This document shows positions 25,101-37,995 of a DNA stretch of 64,000 nucleotides, piece by piece. The DNA is taken from the NCBI GenBank assembly GCA_964106645.2, contig OZ067038.1; one strand, 5' to 3'. The notes under the pieces are model-generated. The model was not told the DNA's origin. It did not search any database and saw only the letters and a list, made by a program, of their open reading frames with translations. This stretch comes from Podarcis pityusensis (taxonomy: Eukaryota). Positions within the stretch are counted from its first letter, which is position 1; every line of letters begins with the position of its first letter. Position numbers and translations under genes: made by a program.

Positions 25101-25910
25101 GAGCTAATGTGTCACAAATCAGTAGAACAGAAGAATCCAGTATTCCTTCTGAGACTTAGCCATCCAGAGAAGTCTCAAGCACCTTAAAAACACACTGAGG
25201 TTTTGCAAGTGTCCTTCAGCTCAAAATACAAAAGGAAACAGTGTGGAAACTGCTACCACATATCATAGCAAAAGTAATTATTCAAAGGTCATTTTTTATC
25301 TTTACAAAATGATTTTTTATGTTTGAAGGCCATCACTGCAGCAACATGAAATGAGTTTTTGGGAGTTACTATACTAGCCAATACCAGGTTTTTGTTTTGT
25401 TTTGTTTCTTACAGCTGAACAATCTTTTATGCTTTCCCACAAAAGCTGTTGTGCAGAGGAGAAATGATACAAATGGTTTAATCAGGAAGACAGGCTTCCT
25501 CCCACCTCAGCAATTGATTATATTAAAGAGCTGTACAAAAATAGAGTTGGGGACAGGGCCAAATCTCCCTCTCCTGTTCCCCAGTAGGAATCTATTCTTC
25601 ATTTGTAGCCAAAGAGTTCGCCAAAATAATATAACTTTGTCCCTGTGTAGTACTATGCAGCACAAGTGACTTAAATAGACAATAGGTATACTCAACAATG
25701 GTAGGCATCTCGTGGGGAAAAAACCCTCATATATTACCTATAGAACAGATACTTAATCAACATTGATGGCTGGGATTTAGAACTTGGAAAATGGAGTCCC
25801 CTTCATGTGTGCATCACAATAAAGGGACTCATGCATGGAATAGAACTGCAGGGGTATATCGCTGCCCCTGCACCTCCTGTCCACACACCTGGAAAGCAAA
25901 GTTTATGTGA

Positions 25911-26078
25911 GGAGCCATAGCTTAGTGGCTGAGCACATGTGGTGTCTACAACCATGTCCCAGGCTGAATGCCCAATATCCCCTTGTACAGCAGGAAATCC
26001 TGGTAAATCCCCGGAGAGCCTCTGCTAGGCAGTTGAGAAAATATTGAATTAGATGGCATAAGGTAGCATCCTAATGTC
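25911..26078 (+). mobile_element. Degenerate tRNA-derived SINE (Squam3-like)
   Basis: GGAGCCATAGCTTAGTGGCTGAGCAC head; a related 3' part also occurs at 61135-61248. Confidence 0.6.
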
Positions 26079-28109
26079 TATACATGTAGGTTTTCTCTAC
26101 GTGCTGGAAGACTGCACAATTGGTGTTCCAGGGCACGGAGACAGCTTCACGTGTGGATAGCTGGTCCTTCTTCCACAGAATCCTTGCTCAAGTGTCAGGA
26201 AGAACATCTTAGTGTCCCTAAGCATTACAGCATCACTGAGTGCCACAAGCCAGAACAACTACATCCTTCCAAAAGTATTGGTCACCGCCTGCAGATCACC
26301 TAAAGGTAGGGTACATAAGATTTCTGGCAGTAACCAAGAGAACTGTGCAAACAACAACAAACAAATTGAACTGAAAGTCATGGATTCTGACTGTGTGCTT
26401 TGGAGAAGAGCATTATTGGATTTGTGAAGCTCCCATCCAATGAAGCAATCGTATTTTCAAAATGTATTTTGTTACGTTTGAACAAATGCAATTTGTTTTG
26501 TTACAGCAGGTACATATGAGTGCAGAAGCATTTGCCCAGACATACATTTGATCATAAGCTGTCCAAAATGACATTAAAAATAGCAGCTTAGTAAGGCAGA
26601 TGATGACCTATTTACATCTAATATATAAATAATTCAACTGTCATAAGTCTAAAAAAAAAAATTATAATTTTGCATTTGAGGAACAAATCTGTCTATTTTC
26701 AGAGTGTGCCACTTTTGTGGCACCCACAATCCATCCCTTACCCACATTCATCTGCATTAAAAAACCCACCTCTAAGTACCTATGTAAATAAGTATTTTAA
26801 CATATCTATGACTACTAGTACCAGCTACCTTATAGCGGGAGTTATATGGGTTAATCTATGCAGAGCTAAAGTGTATAGCTTCCTCTACTGGAATCAAGTG
26901 TTTGGAAGAATGTTTTCTCCATCCCTTTCACAAATTCACTGTTTGTGAAATATCTCTGTATCCTGTGACAGTTTTGCATTTATCTGACAGATCAAAGCCA
27001 CATTTTTAATTGCTACTGAAGTGATCTCTTTAAGAGTTAGGAAATAACAAAAAACCCACTAAGAAGGTCCATAGCACTTAGAGGTGTAAACAGTCAGATA
27101 CAAAGTCAATGCAAACGGACAGATTTGATACTTGAGCAGCAGTATAGAAAAGTTCACAGTCAAGGCAGATTATATTGCTTTGAAGAAGAAAATTGCAATC
27201 AAAAAGAATCCAGATCAATATACCAGTCTCCACACAATATTAATTACTGTTGATATTACTGTCCGCAAAAGCACAATACTTGGGGGAGGAGGGGTTTCAC
27301 TGTAGTGTTGCTTTACTATATTTGCAAAGAAAATATTTCATTGCCTTAACATCAGTTCTAGGCATCTTGCAAAGAAATGCAGTAAACTGAAATTCTCAAA
27401 ATTCAATTTGTGCCCTCTTAGCAAACTACCTACAGACTCAAAATATCTAATAGTTTCTTGCTGCGAAAGTAAACGCTCCAGCTGTTTAAGGACTCAGCTA
27501 CATTAGTCAAATTACACCGCTATAAATGCATTATAACACTGTGACACCCAATGGTGCTGTAGAGCTGAAATAGCAACTCAGTGATATTTTCCATTGCGAG
27601 CTTTACAACGGTTTTTTCCAGAGCATTTTTTATAACTGTGTAGATCTAGTGTAAGACTACCTGTCCTTGAGCATCAAACTCCAGCATGAATACACAAGAC
27701 AACCTGCCATTTTAAAGCCATTTAATTAGTTCATTTAAGTCAGAAGTGGTGAAGCTTTTTCAACCCAAGAGCTAAATTCCCTCATGGGGAAACTTCTAAG
27801 GGTTGCATGACTGTGGTGGGTGGAGCCATAGGGAAATGTACATAGGTAGAGTCAAGTATGCTCCTCTTGCCTCTACTTGTCTTCAGCAGACCAGTCATGC
27901 ACAAGTCAAGAGATGCCCACATAGGTCTTTCCATTCTACATCAATGCAATCAGCAAGCACATTATCACAGCTCAGGGCTAAGCAAGAGCTCTTGAAGAAC
28001 AATGCCAGTGAGAAAAATGCCTAAATGGGCACATTCAGCCCCCAGAGGTTTCCCACCCCTGGCTTAAATGCAGCTGCTGTCCACTGACAAAGAGAACTGA
28101 AACCCCATA

Positions 28110-28760
28110 TTCACTATACATTTAAAGCAGCAGCATTCTACTTTATGGCTTTCCCCAAAAGGATGGTGGGAACTGTATATTGTTGAGGATGCTGCGAATT
28201 GTTAGAAGTCCTCTATTCCCCTCAGGAAGCTACAATTCCCAGACTTAAGAATTGTAGCTCCAAGAAGAGAATAAAGGTAAAGGGACCCCTGACCATTAGG
28301 TCCAGTCACGGATGACTCTAGGGTTGTGGCGCTCATCTTGCTTTACAGGCTGAGGTCATGTGGCCAGCATGACTAAGCTGCTTCTGGCGAACCAGAGCAC
28401 CACACAGAAATGCTGTTTACCTTCCCGCTGAAGCGGTCCCTATTTATCTACTTGCACTTCGTGATTTCGAACTGCTAGGTTGGCAGGAGCAGGGACCGAG
28501 CAACAGGAGCTCACCCCATCATGGTGATTCGAACTGCTGACCTTCTGATCGGCAAGCCCTAGGCTCTGTGGTCTAACCCACAGTGCCACCTGCGTCCCTT
28601 CATGAAGAGAATAGAGATATCCTAATGACTTTCAGCACCTTTAACAAACTACACTTCCCAGCATTTTTTTTATTCCCTCAGGATTTTTTTGATTATTTTT
28701 TTTAAGGGGGGAACTGGGGGGGGACCACCATGATACTGCTTTAAATGTACAGTACAGGTG
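28110..28760. repeat. Palindromic interspersed repeat (MITE-like) split by the SINE
   Basis: Inverted ends TACATTTAAAGCAG / CTGCTTTAAATGTA and inner GGGAACTGTA / TACACTTCCC; related copy at ~24620-24750. Confidence 0.65.
28274..28598 (-). mobile_element. Sauria-type SINE
   Basis: Minus strand starts GGGACGCAGGTGGCACTGTGGGTTAGACC, B-box GTTCGAATC, ends CCCTTTACCTTT; TSD GAAGAGAATA (28264-28273, 28604-28613). Confidence 0.88.
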
Positions 28761-29094
28761 GTGGGGTCTTAACAGCTGAAGGATAAAGATGACAAATAAA
28801 ACACCATTCCTCTCTCATATGGAACAGAACTTTGTTTTATAGCTCCTTTATATTCCCCATCATTCCCTGTGGGAAAGAAGTGGCACATTTCCATGCTCTA
28901 CTAAATTAGGAGTTTCTTCTTCCCCTGTTTCTGACTCCCAGTTTCTTACAAACTTGCACATACTGCTTGTTTAATTCAACATGCAGTGTGCGAAAGGAGA
29001 ATCTAGATCAGTGCCTAAAAGAGCTGCCATAAGTACATTTTACTTGGAAACAAGCACTGACTCCTGCAGGCAGGGGTCTTTCCAGGAAACACAG

Positions 29095-29254
29095 GAGGCT
29101 GCATTATACTCAGTCAGACCACTGATCCAACTAGAACTGACCGACAGTAGTTCTCCATGAAGTCTTTCCCAGCCCTACCTTGTATTGCCATGGATTGAAT
29201 CTGGGACATTTTGCATGCAAAACACATGCTTTCCCACTGAGCTATGGCCTTCCC
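29095..29254 (-). mobile_element. tRNA-derived SINE (Squam3-like)
   Basis: GGCCATAGCTCAGTGGGAAAGCATGTG...TGCATGCAAAATGTCCCAGATTCAATCC; homologous to 47507-47667. Confidence 0.72.
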
Positions 29255-31239
29255 TCTGTAAATAAGCATGCTTAGGATTACAGCATAAATCTGACTCTCA
29301 AGATGCTTTAGTGACAATAATGGGAGGAAAGCAGGGGTACAACTACAATCTACATTCCTCGCAGGACAGGAATGGCCCCTGGACCTGTAACCTGTCTCCA
29401 TTATTGGCTTGCACTAAATTGCTAAGAGAGTTGAACTGATGGGAAGAGATAAACAACAGTGGTTGCAGAATTTTCCTGCAGAATTTCTGGCAGGTGTTTG
29501 ATCCATCTCATAGTTTTATGAGACAGGAAAGCAAGGAACCCTATAGCCCGTTTGTCTGTGACCCAGCCATGTGCCCATTTTCATCCTTGGAAACTAATAC
29601 CATCTGCACTACATTTTCAGGCAGAAGGCAGGTACAAAATAAAAGATCATAAACATGTTGAAATCCATTGTGTTTTGCATCTTTTGTTGCCCATATGTGA
29701 GGCTCGTACCTACATCAGCAATTCAAAAACTGATTGATATGTGAATATGGAAATATTGAGAACTGAAAACAAGTTTTAGCCTTTGCAAGGTATATTACTG
29801 TTAGCCCCATAGTTATTTTGAATCCTCTGAATTCTAAAAGTACCCTGCAACTATGAAAAAAAAAGTCTGTATTAATCCAGTCTAAAGTCAATTACACCGA
29901 GTTCCAAGCGTCTGTGTGGGATGTAATAGTAGACCTTTCCTTTTAAAATCCCCTTGCAGTTTCTGGACAAGAAACCAGAAGTGAAATGAAGCACATCTTT
30001 TACTGCTCCCCCCCCAACCCTCAACTGCCAATGTAGAAATCCCCTAGAGAAGCAGGCATGATGCAGTGCAAGAAAGCCCAGCAGCAATATCGCACATTGA
30101 TTTGCACAGTTTGCACTGTCCCAGCTATGATCCATTTCTGATCATAGCTGCATTTCTGATCATCTGCAGATGGCAGGGGGCTGGTCTGGGCTCCACGCAG
30201 AAGGGTGGTGTACTGCAGAGGACCAAAATCCATCAATCTCATCTCTACCCCCCCCCAAAAAAATGGGCTTATCAGCATCTATTCATTTATTGCTATTGTT
30301 ACTATTATTAGTACGATTGCTACTATTACTATTATTCATTAAATTTCTATACTGCCCCTCATCTGAGGCTCACAGGACAGTTTATAATACAAAAGCACAA
30401 AAATGCATAACATAGGAATGAACAAAAACAATATCCACACAAACAGTTTAAAAGGCCATAGATTGTTTAATATTATGACCTTTTTTTCTTTTCATCACAC
30501 TGCAGTCCATTTCTGCAGCACAGATTGTATGGACTAAGAACCAAACTAAACACAATTTTCATTGTATGAATAAAAGTAATATACATTGTTTAATATATTT
30601 TTAAAACTCCCTTTGGTGGGAGGGTTTCTTGAGTAGGACAGGGACCATAAGGAGTAGAGATGAGAGTTAACCCTTCCTTACCCAAACTGTAGACTGCCAT
30701 GTCCCAAAGCTCTGAAGTACTGTGAGGGAGCTTCCATTAGAACCAATAGGAAATTCCACCCCCACAGGGCTAAATACCAGCTTTGAAGGCACAGGACGTG
30801 TGGGCTGTTGTAGCCATGGCAGGGCACAAAGGCTTGAACTCTCTTCCCCAATCCACCATGATCTTGACCCCACTCTGTCCCCAGCACAGCAGCTATTGCA
30901 TTTTTTAAGTGCAGGTTATTTGCTTTCATACACTCCATGTCACACCTGGCTTGGCACAATGGAGATGTATCTAAATCCACACATATATGCAACAATAGGT
31001 GCAAATCCTGACTCCATGCAAAAGAGCATGCACTGGCTCTATACACATGGTAGACACATGTTCAAGCATATACCTCACAACCTATACACCTTTCAAAACC
31101 AGGACTGGTTCCAGCAAAAGCATTTTTGCTCCACATAAGAATTCCTATAGAGCAGAGATGTTGATGCCACACCCCAGACCCAGCCTACCAACCCATTTTT
31201 AATGGCTTGCCAGTCCCCCTGACAAACATTTACTGCTTT

Positions 31240-32612
31240 CTTTCTTTTTTATAAATGATTTTTATTAAGGTTTCAATAAAAAGTTAGACAGAAAAACATA
31301 GAAAATAAATACACAATACATAATCCAAAAAAAGAAGAAAAACACACAAAAAGCAAAAATAGAAACAGAACAATTAAAAACAATATCACTTTTTCATTTC
31401 CGTTTTTAAATTTACTTATTTTCTGGACTTCCTCATACCTCCCTCTTTTGTATCCCAGTCCAAATTGTTTGTCCAGCAATTTCTTTTCCACTTTTTTAAT
31501 CCCAATTTTTAATCTTAATATAATATAACGTCAAAATTTTACCTCTTAAATACCAAATTTCCATTTCCTTAAACTTCTTTAATCCTAATCTTTAATTAAT
31601 GTAATATAGCATTAAAATTTTACCTCTTAAGTACCAAATTTCCATTTCCTTAAACTTCTTTAATCCTAATCTTTAATCTTAATCTATCTATAACTTTATC
31701 CTGTACAGCTGGAAACCACTTATTTTCAATCCAACATCACTCTAGCATTCTTTAATTTTGCAGTGTTTCTGTAAATAATCTTTAAATTTCTTCCAATCTT
31801 CCTCCACCGACTCTTCTCCCTGGTCACGGATTCTACCAGTCATTTCCGCCAGTTCCATATAGTCCATCAGTTTCATCTGCCATTCCTCCAGCGTGGGAAG
31901 TTCTTGTGTCTTCCAATACTTTGCGATAAGTATTCTTGCTGCCGTTGTTGCATACATAAAGAAAGCTCTATCCTTTTTTAACACCATTTCGCCAACTATG
32001 CCCAGGAGAAAGGCCTCTGGTTTCTTGGGGAAGGTATATTTGAATACCTTTTTTAATTCATTATATATCATTTCCCAGAAAGCCTTAATCTTTGGGCACG
32101 TCCACCAAAGGTGAAAAAATGTGCCTTCAGTTTCTTTACATTTCCAACATTTGTTATCGGGCAAATGATAGATTTTTGCAAGCTTGACCGGGGTTATGTA
32201 CCACCTGTATATCATTTTCATAATATTCTCTCTTAAGGCATTACATGCCGTAAATTTCATACCTGTGGTCCACAACTGTTCCCAGTCAGCAAACATAATG
32301 TTATGTCCAACGGCTTGTGCCCATTTAATCATAGCCGATTTTACCGTTTCATCCTGAGTGTTCCATTTCAGCAGCAAGTTATACATTCATGACAAATTCT
32401 TAGTTTTGGGTTCTAACAGTTCAGTTTCTAATTTTGATCTTTCCACCTGGAAGCCAATTTTCTTGTCCAATTTATATGCCTCCATTATCTGAAAATAATG
32501 AAGCCAGTCTCGCACTTTGTTTTTTAATTTTTCAAAACTCTGCAATTTCAGTCTATCTCCATCTTGTTCCAAAATTTCCCAATATTTCGGCCATTTGACC
32601 TCCATATTGACC
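31240..32612 (-). mobile_element. 5'-truncated L1-clade LINE (ORF2 C-terminus plus 3'UTR)
   Basis: 17-bp TSD CAAACATTTACTGCTTT (31223-31239, 32613-32629); Cys-rich CWKCKETEGTFFHLWWTC motif; one in-frame stop at 32387-32389; A-rich tail. Confidence 0.92.
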
Positions 32613-35600
32613 CAAACATTTACTGCTTTTACCAGTTTTCATCCATTTTACTGATTCCAACTGTGGCTCTGGGCAAACCACTATCATTGTGAGAGTTGGT
32701 TGGGGTACTCTAACCTACGCTAGTGTTTCACAACTGCTGCCCCCCCAGTGGCTGTCTCCAGAGTGATTTAACCAGCTGTCAACCACCAAATTCACCAAAA
32801 TGCCCAAGCACTGAGGAGCAGGGTTGATGAGAATGGGTGGGTGCACTGTATGTGTAGAAAGGGGGTGGCTGTATGTAGGGCATGGCAGTGAATGTGCATT
32901 ATCTTTGTGGGATGTATACATGTGGTGAGTGCACTGTGTATCTAGCATGTGTGTGGATGTGCATGGTTATGGGTGTGCTGTCTGCACCCACTTGGCCCTA
33001 CCCATCACTGACTTGCAGCCTTCAGAGAGTTAGCCAGCTCTTGATGCAGCTCTTGGACTAAAAAGAAATAAAGGTTAGGGGCCCTCTTTGCTATCGGGGA
33101 ATGAACATAAACCGTTGTTGCTGTGCACTATCTATGTGGAACTTACACTGTGACATATGTTTTAATACACGTTTTCTCAAATGATATTTCTCTACAGTGG
33201 AAAAAAAAATGTAAGATTAGAATTAGCCTACAGAAGAAAGCAAATAATAATAATATTTTAATGTAATAGCTGTTGTTCCTTCCTTCAGTGGAACTATAAC
33301 AAGAATATTAAATCTTTTCATAACTCTTTTGTACAGCTGGCAACTACTCTGCATCCTTGGCAGAACAGAACCCTGCAAGGGGTACTTAACATATTATAAT
33401 TTTAAATCGAAGCATGCTCAAACTGCTCTGTTTTCTGCAAACATTTAAAACAGCGCTGAAAAACTCCTGACTCTTCTGAATAGTGGGAAATTGTACTCCT
33501 GGTGGTACCATTGGATTATTTATTCATGTTGCCATCACTATCCCATAGTGAAGTTATCCTATAGCCAAACCTGACTGGCTTTGGGGTGTTTTTAACATTA
33601 TCCCATTCATTAGCCCTAGTCAGGGGTTCAAAAGACTACATGAGGGCTCAGACTATATAGCAAGCCTGACAATCGGTTGTGGTGCACGTGATGGCCCTAA
33701 CCTAACTCTCCACATCCCTTGGAATGCTGGCTCCACCTCTCCTCTCCCGACATGTGCAATGAACAGATCTTGCACGGCAAGTGGAAAATTCTGCAGAGTC
33801 TAAGCATGCTAGAATCTTCCTTCAGATCTTCACTCAAAGGCTGGAGGAGCAGTAGGGATTGGGGGTGCCTAAGGGATACTGGGGGCATGGCCAGTGAATA
33901 CACTCCTGCCCCCCTCCCTATGCATGCCTAAATAGAGGTACTGTATGCTCCCTAACAAAGCGGGATCACACATTTGACTAATCCAGAAAGGGAACAAAAG
34001 CAAGTGGGTTTGAGGCAGAAACTCTACCATGCCAAAAATCCTATTTTCTGTCTAAAAAATGAAATTGGAGTGTATTGAGTACAGCATAAACTTTATATGA
34101 GCAAATGTTGCAGACCTGCATAATGCATGCTAAACCTCTTGTGTTTAAGGCATTGTGCCCATCTTTCACCTTTGTAGACCACAGGCACCAAGTAGACATG
34201 GCTGGCATCAGCTCCTTAGCCCATGGGATGCAATGTACCCATACATTTAAAATGTAGGCACATATAAGCAACACTGTTCAGTAATTTGTGCTCACTAAAG
34301 GCATGGTGTGCGGAACAGCTTTGTGGGGCCGGGAGGAACCAAACCCATGACGACTGAAATAGAAGAACGGCTGGTGTTTGGAGAGTCATTTCATAAGTTC
34401 CATTAGAAAAGGCAATTAGATATAGTCTCATACATTAGGCTTCTACAAATCACCCAGGAACATAGTATCAATTTTTCTCAGTGGTAACAAGGATTTGTGA
34501 AAAGCAAATTTAGCTATGATTACATCCCAAGAAACTACTGACCTTGCTTTAAATAAGGTTTGTTACACCTTTTGTAAACATTTGGTGCCTACCTGCTTTA
34601 AAATAGCCTTTTTTCAACCATGCCATTAATCTAAAAGCTATTAATGACCAGGGCAATGCTCACAGTGCATGTAGTTCATGCCTAGGACAAGTAATTGCAC
34701 ACGGCCAGAGTAAAGATCCTTAAGTGCGCAAAAATTTCCAGTTATTTGACAGGGTTGAGGGGGGCTCACAGTGCTTTATTCATTTTTTAAAAAAATAAAT
34801 TGGAAATATGTTTGCAAAAATAGCTAGGAAAATTTAAAATACTCAAGCTTTACATTGACAAATGGCATGGTAGCAACTGGAAGATAAAAACAAAACAAAA
34901 ATGCCTTGTCAAAGTCCAACTAGTGTTGATCTATAAGGATTTGAACCTATATCAGGTTGGATCCACTTAAGCGCATTACACTGCCAGTGGGACCATTTAC
35001 ATGCTCTTAAAATGCTAAATAGATTACAGTGTATTCATAGGATGAGGGTAGGGAGTTCAATATATTGCAGTATTGATCTCTAATAGATTAGGTATAGCAT
35101 AGCACTGGAAAGAGAGGCGATGGGAGTGAGCCAAGCTTTCAAGTTATTTACAGGCCATCTTTCCCTTCTCTAGGTGTCCTGCCTCATCTACTTTTACATA
35201 CCATTTCTATTTTTGCATTCCCAGTGATGTTTCTCTGCCATCTGAATGCAGTCAAGGACCACAGCACTCAAAATAATCTCTATTTATTTATATCAAGTCC
35301 AACTCTAAAATACAAGAGATACTTGTATCATTTTGAAGATAGAAGGATTTCATGCATGGATGTGTCTGCATAGATAACGGTTTTACCATTTTCTCTTTTG
35401 AAATTTTTTAAGATTCAGATTCAGACATGGACAACAATGTAAATACATCCCAGAGTCTAATCACACCCTTCTTTTCCAAACTCTTTTTTTGAGTCCATTT
35501 AATTTTTAGATTGCAAGCCTTCGGGGAAAGCCCAGTGCCATAAAATTACTTTTCTACGGCACTTTGTAACCTGCAGTGCTCTCTAGAGCAAAACAACAAA

Positions 35601-36144
35601 ATTAAGATGGTGCCCCACATGCCTAGAATTCTGCCTCCTTTATCCTGAATCACCTTGTCCATGTGGGAAGAGCAGATGCTGTGGGGAAAATGAAAGACCA
35701 AAGGGTAGTGAAAGCCTTGATATAAAGATGCAGCAAGCAGTGTGTGTGGTGGGGCAGAGACATTGAGCCTGCCAACCCCCACCACCCACCATGGCCACTG
35801 CTGCTGCTGCTGCTTACTTGAATGGGGCTGGGCTGGGTCAGGGTTGCAGTAAGGTTGGAATCACATGGTTACACAGATGGGAGTTGCCATGACCAATCTG
35901 GCACTCCTGTAGCTACAACAGCCTTCCCCATCCTCATGCTGCTAGATGAAGCTGCAGATGGGCAAGAAAGCCAAGGGATAAAGAGAAGGCCAAAGGAAAG
36001 GTGAAGGAAAAGAAAGGTGAAAGGAGTGACATTCACTCATTTCCTCAACTCTAGCTCAGTTTTGTGGCCACATTTTTCATACACGCACCCCCGCATTTGT
36101 TGTCCTCCTCATGGATGATTTTTAGACATCAGCTTAAAACACAG

Positions 36145-36210
36145 TCATAGAATCATAGAATAGTAGAGTTGGAAGGGACCACGAGGGCCAACCAGTCCAA
36201 CCCTGCAATG
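36145..36210 (-). mobile_element. CR1 3' end
   Basis: GGTCCCTTCCAACTCTACTATTCTATGATTCTATGA octamer tail on the minus strand. Confidence 0.8.
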
Positions 36211-37866
36211 TAGCAACCTTTTTGCCCAATGTGGAGCTCAAGAGATAAAGATTCTCATGCAGGGATGGGGAGGTTTTCTCAACCTAAGGGCCACACTCCT
36301 TTCTGGGCAGCCACATGCCAATGGTGAATGGAGCTGGAGGCAAATGTGGATAGAACTTCTACCTTTGTGTCCTAGGCTAGTTTTTCAACACCTTCTCACA
36401 CCCCTTTCTGTTCTCTATGCAAGCAAGCAAGGGGTGCTATCAAAGACACATTCCAGCCAAACAAAAACACTTAAGGGGAGTGCAAAGCAGGGATGGCAAA
36501 GGCTATGGCTTGGAAACAGGTCTAGGGTGTGATAGAGAGGCCAGAGGGCCACATCCCCCCCCCCATCAGAGGTTCTCTGCCTCTAGTTTAATATGCATAT
36601 AAACAGACATCTTAATTTTATTGTTATGCTGTTTTTGGTTGTTTTGTTCAGTGCCCTATGATTATATGGGATGAAGGGAAGCAACAAAATAAAAATAATA
36701 GTAAAATGCCACTGGCTGATAGCAATAAATGGGCATGTTTTGACCAGACCTGGTTAATGCCAACAAGAGATAAGCAAGACAAAATGACAGAGCAAGTGGG
36801 GGAAATGGAAGAACCACAGGTGATTGTCACAGTCAGCCGTTTTAGTCAGAGAATGGCAGGCTGCCGATACTGAATGCTCAAGTCAATCCAATAATGTATG
36901 TGTTTATATGCTTGTTTCTTCTGACTGTGTAGCATGATCCTAGGTGCATTTACTCGGACGCAAGTTGCATTGTGTTCAGTGGTGCTCATCCCTTAGAAAG
37001 TGCACCTAGGATAGCAGCCTTAAATTCCGTGTTCCCAAGCGTGTAGGCACATTGCGGCACGTCTCTCACAATATTGTCTCACCTCTCAGAAAATTCTGCC
37101 TGACAAATGACATTACAGTGTGCAAGAGTCAGGTTTATGGATAGCATCACTGAGTAGAAGAAAAGTCTAATTATCCAATGCTGAAAATGCCGACAGGGAA
37201 TTGCATCGCTGCTGGGACAAAATAGAGCGGTAAAGCCTATACAAGGCCATTAGAGTGCTAAGCGCTCAGACAGTCTTCCCATTTGATGTCATTAGCTCAT
37301 ATTAGTGATGTGTGACATTTGTTACACACTGTATAGAATAATTCTTAATGGACCAAGCAATCAGGCTATTTCTCAGATATTGACTTACATTATAGCACGG
37401 TACATTTTGGCAATGGTCTGCTCCAGTTTATTAAACAGCTGGAATGGGGGGAAATGGTCATGTATTTCCAAAATGCTGTATACATTTAACTGATTTGCTC
37501 GTGCAAATCTTTGCATATAAAATAGAATTGTGGAGCTGAGAGGGAGAGGGAGAGAGAGAGACTGCATCCACTTCAGATATGCATATATACACTAGGGATG
37601 GGTAAATCTGTCAGTTTTTGTTTCTCTTTTTTCCAGTCTTGGGTTAAGGGCTTCACATTTCCACATTGGTCTGAATGATGCAATAATATCCACATCTGAA
37701 TGCACCCTAAGAAAGCTGCAGTATTGCGTGGGCAGTTCGGCAGTTCCACCCCACCAAATGGGCCACTACTGTAAGAGTCTGACTTATTTGGGGTAGGAGT
37801 GGATTTATTGCACAAGAGTAATATTTAGCATTTGCTATTAGTCACAATGTACCCACTTTCGTTGTG

Positions 37867-37995
37867 GTGTGTTCTCGAAGCTACCAACATGAGTTTGACC
37901 AAACTGCGGGAGACAGTGGAAGATAGGAGTGCCTGACGTGCTCTGGTCCATGGGGTCACAAAGAGTCGGACACAACTAAACGACTAAACAACAAC
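37867..37995 (+). mobile_element. RTE-BovB 3' end
   Basis: CATGAGTTTGACCAAACTGCGGGAG...GTCCATGGGGTCACAAAGAGTCGGACACAACT plus (AAC)n tail, characteristic of BovB. Confidence 0.85.

Noticed and set aside
30678-31138. Overlapping 122- and 138-aa ORFs
   Set aside because: No recognisable homology or exon structure; within chance expectation.
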